DNA of 64,000 nt from Bispira polyomma. Its lineage: Eukaryota. The position numbers were made by a program, and so were the translations under genes. The DNA is taken from positions 3,348,001 to 3,412,000 of the forward strand of contig OZ287757.1 in the NCBI GenBank assembly GCA_965649765.1. The letters run 5' to 3'. This document shows, piece after piece, positions 12,901 through 25,530 of this stretch. Each line of letters begins with the position of its first letter. Positions within the stretch are counted from its first letter, which is position 1. The notes below the pieces were generated by a model, which saw only the letters and a list, made by a program, of their open reading frames with translations, made no database searches and was not told where the DNA came from.

Positions 12901-15900
12901 ATCATAATTAATTGTTGTCAAAAGGCAAACAAAAGTCCAGGTGTGGGTTTCCCATTGGGTACTGATAAGTGTTTATGACGTGTGTGTTGTTATCGGGATA
13001 CAAAAGACACCTGAGAAGTCTGTGAAACACAATGTGTATTTAATACATCTGTCATACAATGCAAATTTAAAGTATGGTGGTATCCAACAGACCAAGTGGC
13101 TAGGGAGTTGGTTTGATAATCACAAGGTGCACGTTTCTACTCTTGGTGGTCTGATGGTCCTCGCTTGCACTTTCGCTGATGCAGCTAGAGTCAATGAAAT
13201 GATAACTTTCTTTTGAAATATGTGAACACGTCATTGTCTACTCCTTATGACCCATGTTGTATGACTATCCTTTTTTGTAGAACGAGCGCATTAGAGGATA
13301 ATATATTAACAGGGGGCCTTACCAAAATACTTCAATGAAACAGTATAAACACTACATTTTCATATCAGATTTGTTCAAATATTTGTTGTTAAGTTGAAAG
13401 TGTAGCTATTTTGATATACTAAATGGTTATGAGGTTATGTCACAGTAATGACCATTTTGGATCACAAAGCTAAGTATAGTTATATAATTACACTTCTATG
13501 GCATATGTAATGACATGCACCAGTGTAAATTTATTTACTAAGTAAAAATGATGATTTTCAATATACTGTGTATTTTTTGGATGTTATTGATACAATACGA
13601 ATACCTTGTCTCGACTATAGCGTATTTAATGTCAGCGCACTCAAATATCTTCTTTTCACTTTCCACTCCTAAATTTGTTATCTTGCAGTCGGCAAGCAGC
13701 CAACATCCCAAAAATAGCAATATAGTTTCATGTAGTTTTTCGCAACAGGAAATGGTTATGACAGCAGAATCTCCCTTTAAATAATTTCACATGATTCCAT
13801 TATTAAATGCCGGAAGTAATCTGTGGTATGTGCTCTAGTGAAGACAGCCTGATGCCCAAACAATTTCCTTCAGTTTTTGGCAATAATTTTTTTTTTGAAA
13901 GGTTCAAATATTAATAATACAATTATAATACAATTCAGTAATATGTCTTAAGGAACTACAGTAAAGGAGAGTTAGCTACCAAAAGCATGTTTGTGTTGTC
14001 CACTACTTCACCAAATATGCATATATACCTATACATTATACAGTATCTTAAAAATTGTCCACACCTTCTGATAGCCTTTGATTTAGGCTGAAGTTGATCA
14101 GAAAGTCACTTGATTTGGAACACATTCTAAAAATGTGTGTACATTCAAATCTGTTTTGAGTGGAATTTTTGATGTCAATTTATTTTTAATGTGGAGACAA
14201 TAAATAGTAATCCCCACCAAATAGGTGGCACTGGGGTGAAGTGACTGTGGTTGTGGGCCTACATGATAAGGACAATCCAGAAGACACCATCCAGAGAGTC
14301 TATGCCTCAAACACCTACGAGAACGAAGCATACGACTATGATGAGGGCACCAATAACTTGAGCGATGATATTATGCTCATACAGCTAGACGTAAGTAGTG
14401 ACCAGACATTCAATTGACATTAGGTGACACAAACCAAATAATTTTACCCCTAGTTGACATGGCGGTATCTGTCATGAGTGTACAAATTGTTTTTATTGGC
14501 CTGTTTGTCTGAATACACATGTCAAGACCGGACAAGACAAAGTGATCCTGATCAGGTTTATTTTCAGGTTCCAGACTATTCGGCTTTAATTCACAGATCC
14601 AAAACTCATTTCGAATACACTTTCTCCAATAATTCACTAAAACTAAGGCAGAGTCTAAAGCAAGAAATGTGTGCTGCACTTACCGTGTCATCCTTTGGAA
14701 GCAAACTTAAGACATACTTGTTTTCCCTGGCTTTCCCTCGCTAGTTACATATTCATTCCGGTCTCTCCTGGGTTACAATATCTTTGGTTAATTTCAAATT
14801 CATCTAGCTTGAATTTATATCTATATTAAAAGTGTTGATTGATCTTTTGTGAACTGTTTGGAACCAATTCTATTGACTAATAAAGATAACTTTATTCTCA
14901 ATAACCAATTATTGTCTCCAGAACATTATTGTAAGTCAAACTGTATGCTATAATTGTATCATGTTTATTTCTATTGGGAACCTTTTCACTGTAATGACCA
15001 TACAAATGACCAGCAGGTTACCCTGGTACAAGCTGATTTGAGGTCTATTTTTCATAGGAACCTATTCAGTTTAATGACCATGTGTCAGCAGTGTGTCTCC
15101 CCGACCAAGACGAGGAGTCATTCAGAGCCAACATGCGCTGCTATGTCACTGGATGGGGCACTACAGAATGTATGTATATTTGATGTATTATAAATCATAT
15201 ATTAAGCTGTATATAGCCCAATTGTATGCACACATGAATACTGATTGGACTTGATCCTGGATATCATGTTTGATTATAAATGTTTTTTAATTAATGCTTT
15301 ATTACCCATTGTCACATAATTTGATTTTGTTTCTTTCAAAATGTTTTGTTTGTATGACGACCTCAATGTTCTGGATGTTAGATCTTTGCAGATTTTAATT
15401 AATAAACATAACACAGGAGAGTTCCTTATTATTTTATTTAATAACTATGATCTTATTTTGAAGTACTGTTCACAATGAATACCTGAAGCTTTCTATATAA
15501 TTTTGTAACTGATCTTTTGATCCATACACACGTTATTTCCTAGTAACCTTCCAAGGTGTTGTCAGCTTCACCTATAATTGTTCCACAAAAGCTGCAAGTT
15601 GCATCTGTTGCAATTTTTATTTTGCACCGATACATGTTACTAATTATAATGTTTATTCATGCTTCTTAAGTCATTGTATATATTATTCAATGATATTTGA
15701 GGTTTTTTTGTAAATGGCCTGATTTTTAATGGTGGAGGAAAAATCCTTAACATAGTTATTACGGTGGCTCGGTCAAATGCCTGACATGAACCATAATACT
15801 TTGAATGTCAATATAAACGTATCATTCCCTAAAATATAACTCAAAAAACCATGGCCATACATATTATGAAGCCAATCAACTTCTATTTCAGTGCATGGAT

Positions 15901-17414
15901 CTACACCGTCCAAGTTACAACAAGTGTCTATTCCGATAGTAGACCAGGAAAAATGTGTGGAATTTTATGAAGACCCAAAAAACTGGTATGACAACAGCGG
16001 AAATGCCCCCAACGTCACTGAGAAGATGATCTGTGGTGGTTTCTTGGAAGGAGGCAGGGGCAGCTGTCATGTAAGTTTGTACCACTAACAGAAGCTTAAA
16101 ATGGTAGAATATGTACAATAGAAATGTGTGCCACTCCGGTTGCTACCAATTTAGCAATTATCTGAAGTGTGTGAATAAAGTTAGAAATTAAAACAAACAC
16201 ACTTTAGGAAGTAGCGTACCAACTTTATCACATGAAAGTAGTGTGGCTGAGAGTCAATTTGGGAATTGGTGTGATTTTGAACTCACAAACGAAATTTTTC
16301 GACCCCTGTGTTGCCAGCTAGCATTTTAACAAAATTTGTTATTTCCAAAACATATGTCCGTCGGTGAGCAGTCAACAGCCCTAAAATATTATTATATTTG
16401 CTTTTAGTTCATCCTAATAGGAAATTGTGGAGCAGACTTTCCCATTAAAAAATGGATGTGAATCTGGTATTAAATGGCGGAAGTAGTCTGTGTTGTGTGT
16501 TAGTGACTCTAGCTATCAGTAATCTTTAACTCCCAAAATTCCTCCGGTTTCCAGTGAATGTTTTCTTTTGTGGATCTAAGGCTTAATAGAATCACATTTG
16601 TCTAACATATACAAGCGAGGGTCCTCTTCTTATATGTACTGATAAGGGTTAAGTATTAAACCACTGGAACAATAGATTGACACAAGTTTGAATAAGGTTC
16701 CATTAAACAATTTTATTATCCACTGTGACGTAAATATGACGTTTTATAAAGCTATACAGATATAAAAAAATATACAGATTTTTCGGTGGTTAAAATATGG
16801 TCATAGTAAACAAATTAATCCATCAATTGTTTAAAAATTTCGATATATATATATATATATATATAAGCAATATCCAATGTTATTGTGTAGAAAACCCGAT
16901 TTTTAGAGTGGTAGAAGTTTGTATATGAAGCTAATTGATTAAAGTCACAAATATTGTACTGTTTATCTTCTTTCGTCATATGTTTTTTTTTAATATACAC
17001 CACTCGGGTAGTTTTACTCTTGTACGATGTGTGAGTAAAGTTGAAACCACCAGATTTTAGCACGTCGCCTACCAAAGTTAGTGAACTAATGTTGCACGGT
17101 CCAGGGTTGAACTCCAAATACAGAGAATCTTGTATTATCCTTAATACGGTGACCCCTTGTGTTACATAAAGAATATCCCATTAACCAAGTGTATAATATG
17201 TATAGAATTTACTGTAACAAATGTATGTGTGAATATATCCCAGGGAGACAGTGGTGGACCATTTGTGTGTGTGATTAATGACGAATGGAAGCTAGCTGGG
17301 GTGGTGTCGTGGGGAGGACCGTGTGCCCACGAACAAACACCAAGTGTGTTTGCCCGCGTCAGCGAGTACCATGACTGGATTATAAGAACCATTCAAGAGA
17401 ACCAGCAAAAATAA
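6967..17414 (+). CDS. Secreted serine protease: signal peptide - trefoil - trefoil - chymotrypsin-like S1A domain (~395 aa, 9 exons)
   Basis: Exons 6967-7024 ([20 protein letters not shown]), 9018-9173 (trefoil 1), 11289-11435 (trefoil 2), 12125-12234 (CGVPAI...SK/IVGG), 12742-12830 (LSAAHC), 14225-14390 (DIMLIQL), 15058-15169 (AVCLP, TGWG), 15892-16070 (MICGG..GGRGSCH) and 17244-17414 (GDSGGP, SWGG). All introns are GT-AG with matching phases (1,1,1,0,2,0,1,0). The catalytic His/Asp/Ser are intact. Confidence 0.93.
7777..8024 (-). mobile_element. tRNA-derived SINE, full length, in intron 1 of the protease
   Basis: The minus strand starts GGGGCTGCGGTGGCCTAGTGG (A box) ... GAGTTTGAATTCC (B box) and ends gtggacgttaaatatcccaatcc. 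It is colinear with the copy at 25288-25530. Confidence 0.85.
8385..8840. repeat. Tandem repeat, 4 x 114 bp, near-identical units
   Basis: ctagatgtat starts at 8391, 8505, 8619 and 8733, a 114-bp period. Confidence 0.95.
9018..9173 (+). CDS. Trefoil (P-type) domain exon 1 of the protease
   Basis: [41 protein letters not shown] shows six Cys in trefoil spacing, with the R.NC...GIT...C..RGCC signature; symmetric phase 1-1 exon. Confidence 0.9.
10660..10720 (+). repeat. L2-like LINE/SINE 3' tail fragment
   Basis: tagagtc...ttaaggggagattaagcacaatacaagtctaattacaattacaatt matches the tail at 5494-5555 (reverse complement). Confidence 0.6.
11289..11435 (+). CDS. Trefoil (P-type) domain exon 2 of the protease
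   Basis: [41 protein letters not shown] shows six Cys, CG.PG, CCW and PWCY; symmetric phase 1-1 exon. Confidence 0.88.
11540..11915 (+). mobile_element. Decayed LINE ORF2 3' fragment
   Basis: It ends with [21 protein letters not shown], a typical CR1/L2 C-terminal tail. Confidence 0.55.
14478..14744 (+). mobile_element. L2-like LINE ORF2 3' fragment in a protease intron
   Basis: The ORF ends ...[23 protein letters not shown] ([10 protein letters not shown] tail). Confidence 0.65.
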
Positions 17415-17511
17415 GACGAAAGATGTGCACATCAATTTGACAATAATACAGTAAAAATCTCTATTGTCCACACAATTTGGCTCAGATAAAGAGCATGTGT
17501 TTTAGCAACAG

Positions 17512-17546
17512 AATAAATATGAACATGTACAAATTGGTACAATAAA
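17512..17546 (+). terminator. Candidate polyadenylation signals of the trefoil protease
   Basis: AATAAA at 17512 and 17541, about 100-130 nt after the stop codon. Confidence 0.5.
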
Positions 17547-19299
17547 TTAAGAGACCAAAAGATTATAGGATTATAGAGGTTTTTTTCCACTGATTAAATG
17601 GACAAACGAAATATTTCAATAGTTTTTTTGCTTTAACTGTTCTTTTGCTTTTATAGTTTTTAGTAGTATTTAGATTTTCATTTATGGCATCAGGGATATA
17701 CACATATATATTTATATATATTTCACGTTATATGACACAATTGAATGATATTATCATGACCTCTATATCTCTTTATATTTAGCCTGTGTATTTTCCCAGA
17801 GACAATTGTGATGATATCATTTTTTCAATAAAATAAATCTTTCATTTTATGACCAAAAGTTACTGTTGTTTTACTACCCATTATGTGTGACACCAAACTG
17901 TCCAGGTGCACCTTATTATATTCCACTGAGGAAAGCCCAAGGACACAAACTTTACATAGATTTTGGCAAAAACAATGTCTAGTAATTCATTTAATATCAA
18001 TGTATCACATAAATCAGACAATGGTAAGGATCTTTAGAACATTCAGTTGTAACTTGACAATCAGCCAATCATAATGTCATTTATAACACGATCATCAATT
18101 CATTTAAATTATATATGTTTCTTGGACTGTGTGCACATATTTATGTATGGACCATTGTTTCAGCTAATACAAACCTCCTTTGGTTAAGACTATGAATGTC
18201 TGCAGTAAACTATCTTGACAAGGGTGTTCACTATGTGTATTCATCAATTGCTATACTGAGTTTAAAGTGTTTGTTCTTCAGTAATAACAGTTGAAATTTA
18301 ATTCATAGATATTGAAGTTATTTTACACAACACCGATTAGAATTGTGTATGTTATCTAAGAGTAATTGATAACCAAGCATCTCCTATCATGGGCAGTAGA
18401 GTATAATGGGAGAGTTTTCTTGGAATACAAGTGTAAACATCTGTGAAATGTTTAGGTATAAGTATTGTGTGCTTGGTGCAACTTTTTTAATTCACAAATT
18501 AAGCTTTTCGACCACTGTGTTGCCAGCTAGCGGTTCGACAACATTTGTTACTCCCAGAACCAGATTTTTCAAAGTAGGGTATAGGGGATTCCACCTCTCA
18601 TAAAAAATGGGGTCACAGAGTAGCTTCCATGCATCTGATAGATATTTTTCATTATAGTAACAAATACAAAAATTTCATATATTAAATTTATACTATTGTG
18701 TTTTTACACTTATCAAACAACAGAATATAATAACATAGAATATGAATATTAAAGTCCAACACTACAAATTTAATATTGATACTTATACATCATAATATAT
18801 AATTTAACACCAAACAGACGAGTGTTACCCATGAGATATAAAAAATTAATTCAAACACTACAAATTTGATATTTCTACATCCAAATATATAATTTAACAC
18901 TAGACAAACAAATGTTACCCATGAAATTATACCAAACATCTAACAAATAAGCTGCAGCTTAACAAAGTATAAATTTGCCTTAAAAATAAACTGTGGCTCA
19001 GTGGATTAATTAGATAGAAAAAGTTGATTGTAAAGCCTTAATGACCATTCAGTTACATATTTATAATATAAAATGAAGTTTTGGTACTTTAACTATGATT
19101 TAACAGAAGTTGGGCAATTTTAGTGTCACCCAGGCCCTAACAGAATTCTGAGTTTTAGAAACTACCTATTTGAAATGCCACGACCTCAAGAAGATGCTAG
19201 AAGAACCAAATCAAAACATCAAGACCCGCCATATCTGCAAGACCTCAAAAAAGTGAATTTATACTTCTAAATGTAAAAATTGGACGCATTGTATGTTTT

Positions 19300-22200
19300 A
19301 ATTTGTTTTAAATGGAAAAAATTATTTACTGAATAGGGAAATAGGTTTGACAACCGTAAAAAAAAAAGCTAGCTGAGGTCACACTTTTTTGCCAGTGCTT
19401 CTAGAAATGGGACTAATTAGCCTGTAAAGACCTTTAGGGCAGTAAGGCTCTCTTATAATAGGTTATTTTTTATCATCAAAAGCTTGAACATTGACATTAT
19501 CTAAGATACACTTGGCTTTCACTGCTGACAAGTGATTAGCCCTTTGAGAGACAGCATTGTTGCATTAAAATTCCAAGTAAGATAGCAAATGGAACACATT
19601 CACCTTTTTTGAAGGCCAAGCCATGAAGGCCATATGCTCAGAAGAGCCTCAACATTCTCTCCTAGGTCTGAGCTGTGGAAGGTGCAAATGCTGCTTGCAG
19701 TCTCTCAAGAGCACGTCTTGTCAGCAGTCAGTCCAATCTATGTGCATTATAAATGACAGTGTATGTATTCTATATGTCAACATTGACAAGCAACAAAGAG
19801 TCATGGGTTGGAAGACATTGCTCTAGCCCAGCCAGTTTATGCAGCAGCTGGTGATTGCTTTTGGTTTCAGACCACCTAGAAAGTAAATCGGCCAGTTTGT
19901 TCCTTATGTGAAGTATATGCACTACATTAGCTTTTATATCGAACTTGCTGGCTAACATGTATATATTGCACGTGTGTGTAGCCAAGGTGGGATCCTTGGT
20001 GTATCCACCCTGGAGGGCGCTTACAACGTAGTGCATGTCACACTTTATTAGTGTTATTAGGCCCTACCATACCCAGGCCCAGAGCTGTAAGGCCACTAAT
20101 ATGTTTACCATTTCTAATTATGCAATATTCTGGGTTGTCATATGATCTGTTATTATACCTCGGCGGCGAATCCAGTGATCCTATTGGTTAAAATGCGATC
20201 ACGTGACATAACATATTTCCCGATATGGCCCGGCAGTCGGGGGCCATATCACTGCAGCGGGCCATATCACTTGCACTATCTTTATTAAAAATCAAAAATG
20301 CTTCGGTATAATAAAGAGAATAGAAGCTTTTTGTGAGGGCCATACTAGGATATATGCACCGTTGGTCAGCCTGACGGCCCTCAAGCCATATTGGCCAGAC
20401 CTTGGATGCATATATCCCAGTACAGCCCTCACAAACAGCTTATATTTTCTAAGTAACCTAATCTGATACATTTTGACTTGCATTGATACCTACCATTCAT
20501 GTGAGGCACACATCCAACTCAATTTGTGTAGTCACAGGTTTATGATCAAAAAGGAGACACCATTCAATTGGTCCATAAAAGTGAGGAAGAAGTTGAAATC
20601 TTGTTTAAATTATTCTGTTACTTCGAAAGGTCTCTCAGTAATTCCTGCATAAATTTTAAAATGTTTCAAAAGACATATTTTATAACATTTTAGCATATTT
20701 TATGTGCTTAGCCACATATAGCAGTCGGCTAAATAAAAATTATATCTCACATTTTGTGCAATGTTTTTTTTTTGTTTTCTATGCCCCACATTAATCTTTT
20801 ACTTGCTGCAATTTTTCAGCTTCAATAGACCTGGTACATATTATGGTATTAATTGTTATATCCAGACAAATCACCTCTCTACTCAAAGTGACCAATTGTT
20901 TTTTGCTAACAGTTAAACAAAGTTGAGTGAGTAATGCTTGTAGTCGGACATTTGTATGTTGTATTTTACTGTGGAGTGATATGGGAAAAAAATCATCTAT
21001 GTAGTTCTAGACCACATGACCCTTTGTTTTTATCATAAAATAAACTGTATCGAAAAAAAAATGTTAACTGATATTGATATTTAGATGGGAGGCATTTATC
21101 AATGTAGTATGAATTCCATTTTTAACCTAATAGCTCAATGTCAACCGGGTCAATAGTGACATGCCTAAATTCCTGGCTGACATCGACCTTGAATATATTA
21201 CAACGCTGGTCTCTCCACATTGTTTGACTCTTTCATTGTGGGTGGTTTTATGTACCTTTTTAATGTTTTGTTTTTTGTAGTTGTTTACAATTCGTCCAAA
21301 TATTTTCTTTTAGTCAGGTGACTGGGATTTTGACAGCTTGTTTTGTGTCCAGATTGACCATTTTACACACACTATTAATACTACGGCTACTGCAGGTGCA
21401 TTGGACGATGTCAACGTAGCTTATATTTACAGTTGTATGTTTTTGATATTTACACATTTGTTTCAACAAGTGAAAAGCCTTAAAACTACTATTATATACA
21501 CTTCTGCCATATGCTCCTCTCTTTCCCTAGTGTCTTTGTCAACTGCATTACTGTAGTGGAATCTTAGTTTTTACCCTTTCATGCTGCATGTACTAGTCTT
21601 ATAAGGGCCATCACAGCATTCACACATATGTTTGTAGAATTGTCCCCCTGTTTTGTGACTTACAGTTACCATCTTCGAAACAACCACATGTTACATAACC
21701 TTACTTATTGGGACATTTTTTCACTGTGGTATTGGTACTATGTGTACCAGATCATGAGGAAGTTTGATTACTATTGATGTGACGCTGGGCATATGCCCTG
21801 TGCAGCCTATTCACCTTCTCACTTTACACTTCTAGCATAGCACTTTTTACTTCAACAGATTTATCGCCATGTATAATAAGGGTAAACCCGCAATCCTACT
21901 GAACTAATATAAGATCATCATAGCTAGGTCTGGATTTTGAACAGCCAGAGGAGACAAGGTTAACTAAAGCCTCAGCTCCCCCCCCCCCTCTGTGAAACTT
22001 TACCCTATCTTGGTGTGGGGGTCATTTAGGGTCTTTATGTCCTTGAGCCTCTGCTCTACCTGGATTTGAATGTTAAAATTTTGACGTATAAATTCAATGC
22101 TAGAGATAATGTTACTATCAACACTTTACTTTCTGGCCATTATTAGAGTTTATACCATTAGATAGAGATACGGTAGTATCAGCCTGTCTTTGTGCAAGGT

Positions 22201-22450
22201 TTGCCGCAAAAGCTGCCTCTCTGAGCAGTATCCGCTGATTCATCCTCTCCATTACTTGGCTCGTTGCCTTGTAACTGCTGTAGTATGGTGTGCGACAGAG
22301 ACAACCCTTTCCATAGATCGTGCTTGGTACTGCCACTGGGAAACTTGAAGGTTTCCTTGTAATATAGCATCTTGCTAAACAAATATTGTAGATATGTATA
22401 AACTTTACCTAACATAAGATCATTTCTATTCACATATAGTACTTAACTTT
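19300..22450 (-). mobile_element. Old, decayed copy (copy C) of the tyrosine-recombinase retrotransposon with gag, RT, RNase H and YR remnants
   Basis: Interrupted minus-strand peptides match the element at 53156-58688. Gag: QVEQRLKDI..SQRGG..RPSYDDL..RLHRAYAQR..YKHMCECC. RT: FKVDVSQEFRHVTIDP..YYIDKCLP and NYIDD. RNase H: IELDVCL..LEMVNILVALQLW..TKDPTLA..NKLADLLSRW. YR: AFAPSTA..NHLSAVKAK..LRLSNLFPYS. Confidence 0.88.
20153..20444. mobile_element. Miniature non-autonomous element (Crypton-like) nested in the RNase H region of copy C
   Basis: It interrupts the RNase H homology, is bounded by a TTATA direct repeat (20153-20157 and 20440-20444) and has a long imperfect subterminal inverted repeat (20324-20441). 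The Crypton assignment is inferred from structure only. Confidence 0.6.
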
Positions 22451-24655
22451 ATCACATCATTTTCACTGGGAGAATCGTAGCTACACCATCTAATTTGACA
22501 AGTAGCCCAGTCAGAAAACATAAGGTTTTAGATGGCTTCTTAGATCACAGCAAAACAGTGCCTGCCGATTTTCTTTTTAATCAAAGTAATAAAACAGAGA
22601 GGCTACTAGATTTGATGAGTGTTTAAACCAAAGAAGAGGTGGCTATTGGGGGAGGAGGGGGTATACTGTGGAGAGGCAGCACTGGCCATTGTAATAATAA
22701 AAACAACAACAATGCACAAGTAGAAAGATTTGCACTGAGTGAAATATCTGAAAAAGCATGAAACAAAGCCTGAATCATCAATAAAATGGTACTGATATAT
22801 GTTCATATCTAAAAATACAGAGAGTCATTCATTCCTTGATATTGGTGAACAAAGCTTTAATTTTACAAAAAAAAGAAATTGTTTATTGCAGATGTACTTT
22901 TCCTTTCCAAAATAACAGGGAGAGCTTTGTACACTAAATGTCAAAGTTATGTTAAGTGTTCTGTAAAATTGACTTTTCCTTTTTCACTTTAAACATATAT
23001 TTTTCACACGTATATTATCTCTTCCCCAACAAAACAACAACAGAGAATACCATCTACATGAAATGTGTTAAACTATTGTAGCTGTCACTAGGTATTTATG
23101 TTGTTGTAAAGGCATTGTTTAAAAAAACACAAAAGCAGAAATGCTTTGCCCTTTTATGAAGGTTTCCTTCTACAAAAAGAAGACACATGGCTTTAAACTT
23201 TCAAACAAATTGCCTTCCATTGTGGTTTGATATATGTTATTTCTATTTAATGTATTGTACTTGTGTGAACACATTTTTAAAGGCATTGATAACCTGGGAG
23301 AATGTGACGTATTTTATGTATTTTAAAGTGCACACTTTTTTAGAAACAAAATGAAATACTTCAGCGCTAAAATACTGTAAACCACCAACCAACGGCCAAG
23401 TACCTGACAAACATTTGGTTATTTTAAAACGATATGCTATTTCTGAAATAATTCATGAGACCAATATTACTGCATATGATGACTAGTAAAACCTTTGTTT
23501 TAAGTGTGAATGTAATAGGGGGTGGTTCATTAAAGTAGGATCAATATAGTATTATATTCAAATGTATACTCCATGCTAATTAACCTTTTTATCGATTTCC
23601 CTAGTACAGCCAACATGCACCAGTCGCTGTCATTCACCTAAATGAAGACAAGAGATTGGTTTAGTTTAGTTGGAATAGAACATCACTTTAAAAATGTCTT
23701 TTTTTTTTAATATCACAACATGCACTTAAAAAGAAGAAGTCATCAGAACCGGATATTAGGCCAAATGGTTTCTGCTCTGCAAACCACCAGCCTTCAGCAA
23801 GTCTACTGCAAACTTTCTCAAACAAATGCGAGGGCCAAAATGCTGCAGAGGTGGGTCGCTATAGTGTTACCACTGCGGTACTGAGGCCCTTAACAGATCA
23901 AAGCAGAAGTATATGATAAATAAATTATGTAACACTTTTCCCTTATTGGGTTTGTCTTGAATGGGCGTAAAATTCCAAGCTTAAAACTGAAGTCCCCTCT
24001 ATGTGAAGTTAAGTACAATCTTAATGCATATTTGAATTCAGCATAAACACCTCTATTAACTGAATGCTCACAACTACTCTGTGCAGGGACTAAAGAATTT
24101 AAAAATAAATTTCTTTAAAATAAATACAATTTTTGTCCATAAATTTAACAAGTTCATTTAAAAGAACTCAATGCAGTGAAATACAAAGCAACCAATTAAA
24201 GCTCAATTGTTTTATTGTTCAGCTCAATAAATTTACTAAGGGGTGACAGGTTGTTTTTCTCTAATAAACAAAACCCTAATGGAAAGTTTTCTTTGTCCAT
24301 TCTTCTTAAACATAAAATATGGGAGTAAAACCTTAAGATCAAAACAGCAATAGATTAATTGCTCTGTTCATTAAATATTTTAATGAACATCACAAGTTAG
24401 CTAGCAGTATTATACACTTAAGTTAAGGTGTATAAATATTTCTTCAATACAGGCTTTGGGATTTTTTGATAGTGGAGTGACATAATTCATTAATTAACAA
24501 TAAATAACTACTTTGATAATGGGATATCCCAACGATCCGCAAAATTGCTACCCATTTACCTAAAGATGTTTTCTCTTTTCCCTTTAAGTTCATATGAGGT
24601 CAACTTTAGATTACGGAAAACCAGGTTTGATGTCACAGGTCACATGGTAGATGTC

Positions 24656-24734
24656 TATAAAGGGATTGGCGTGGTTGTCACAGGGGAAGTTAGCGGTTGG
24701 AGCCGACAGTGAGCTACACCTGAGCACCTGGTAG
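24656..24734 (+). promoter_or_regulatory. Probable TATA box and non-coding first exon of the cystine-knot precursor gene
   Basis: TATAAA at 24656-24661, then a GC-richer ~45-nt stretch from about +30, then donors CTG/GTAGGT (24731) or TAG/GTGAGA (24735). The next acceptor (exon from 26839) lies 15 nt before the ATG. Confidence 0.55.
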
Positions 24735-25287
24735 GTGAGAAAATTCTGTTAGAGGCAAAATCTTGTGTAAAATTAGTAATTTGTACAAATTCATAAACTA
24801 TTTTTTTTTTAAATCTATATTGGCTAATGTGTGTGAATTCAAAGTACTAAATAGGTTTTTGTGTTAGTATACATGCATACCTACATAACGTTCATTTTTA
24901 TTCATAAACTTTTATTCAATTTTGCAAGATCTTAAAATGACTCTATTTAACTTTAACTCTCTTAAGTTTTTTTGATTATTTTTGGCAACTGGAATTGTCA
25001 AGTTCAACATTTTTTAATTGCTATATATTTTAAGGGATACATGATCGGATTTACAGCATATACATTTTTTAAATCCATCGTTCTAGCTAGTTACATCCAA
25101 CTGGGGTTTTCTGACCAAGGGGCCTCAGTGATATACTACAAGTGTGTTAGTCACGGACGCAGTGTTAATGTTTGGTGCCTTATACTGTGTCTTATCTGTG
25201 TATTATTTGTGTATTATCCAAAGATTAAGTACCATTACCAATGGGGACTTCTTAGGCTACTTCCTGTTCAAATTGTGTTGCTCTTCA

Positions 25288-25530
25288 GGGCCAAGTGGTT
25301 AGCAAGCATTGCGCTTCACTATCACTGGCCTCTCACCTCTGGGCGGCGTGAGTTAGAATCCTGTTGATGCCTATGTGGGAAGGGTGGTAGCTCCTTACTG
25401 TGGGCCACTGGTTTCAATGCAGAACCTTGATCAACTGTGTGCAGTGTTTCTTCCAGCGTTTCCAACTACCCGTCCCAATATAACCTAAACAGGTACTAGA
25501 GTGGACGTTAAATATCCAAATTCAATCATT
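25288..25530 (+). mobile_element. tRNA-derived SINE, same family as 7777-8024
   Basis: ggccaagtggttagcaagcattgcgcttcac...gagttagaatcc...gtggacgttaaatatccaaattcaatc aligns with the reverse complement of 7777-8024. A further remnant lies at ~28495-28565 (-). Confidence 0.85.

Noticed and set aside
24972-25367. 131-aa hydrophobic ORF
   Set aside because: It has a TTG start in AT-rich intron sequence running into a SINE, with no splice or motif support.
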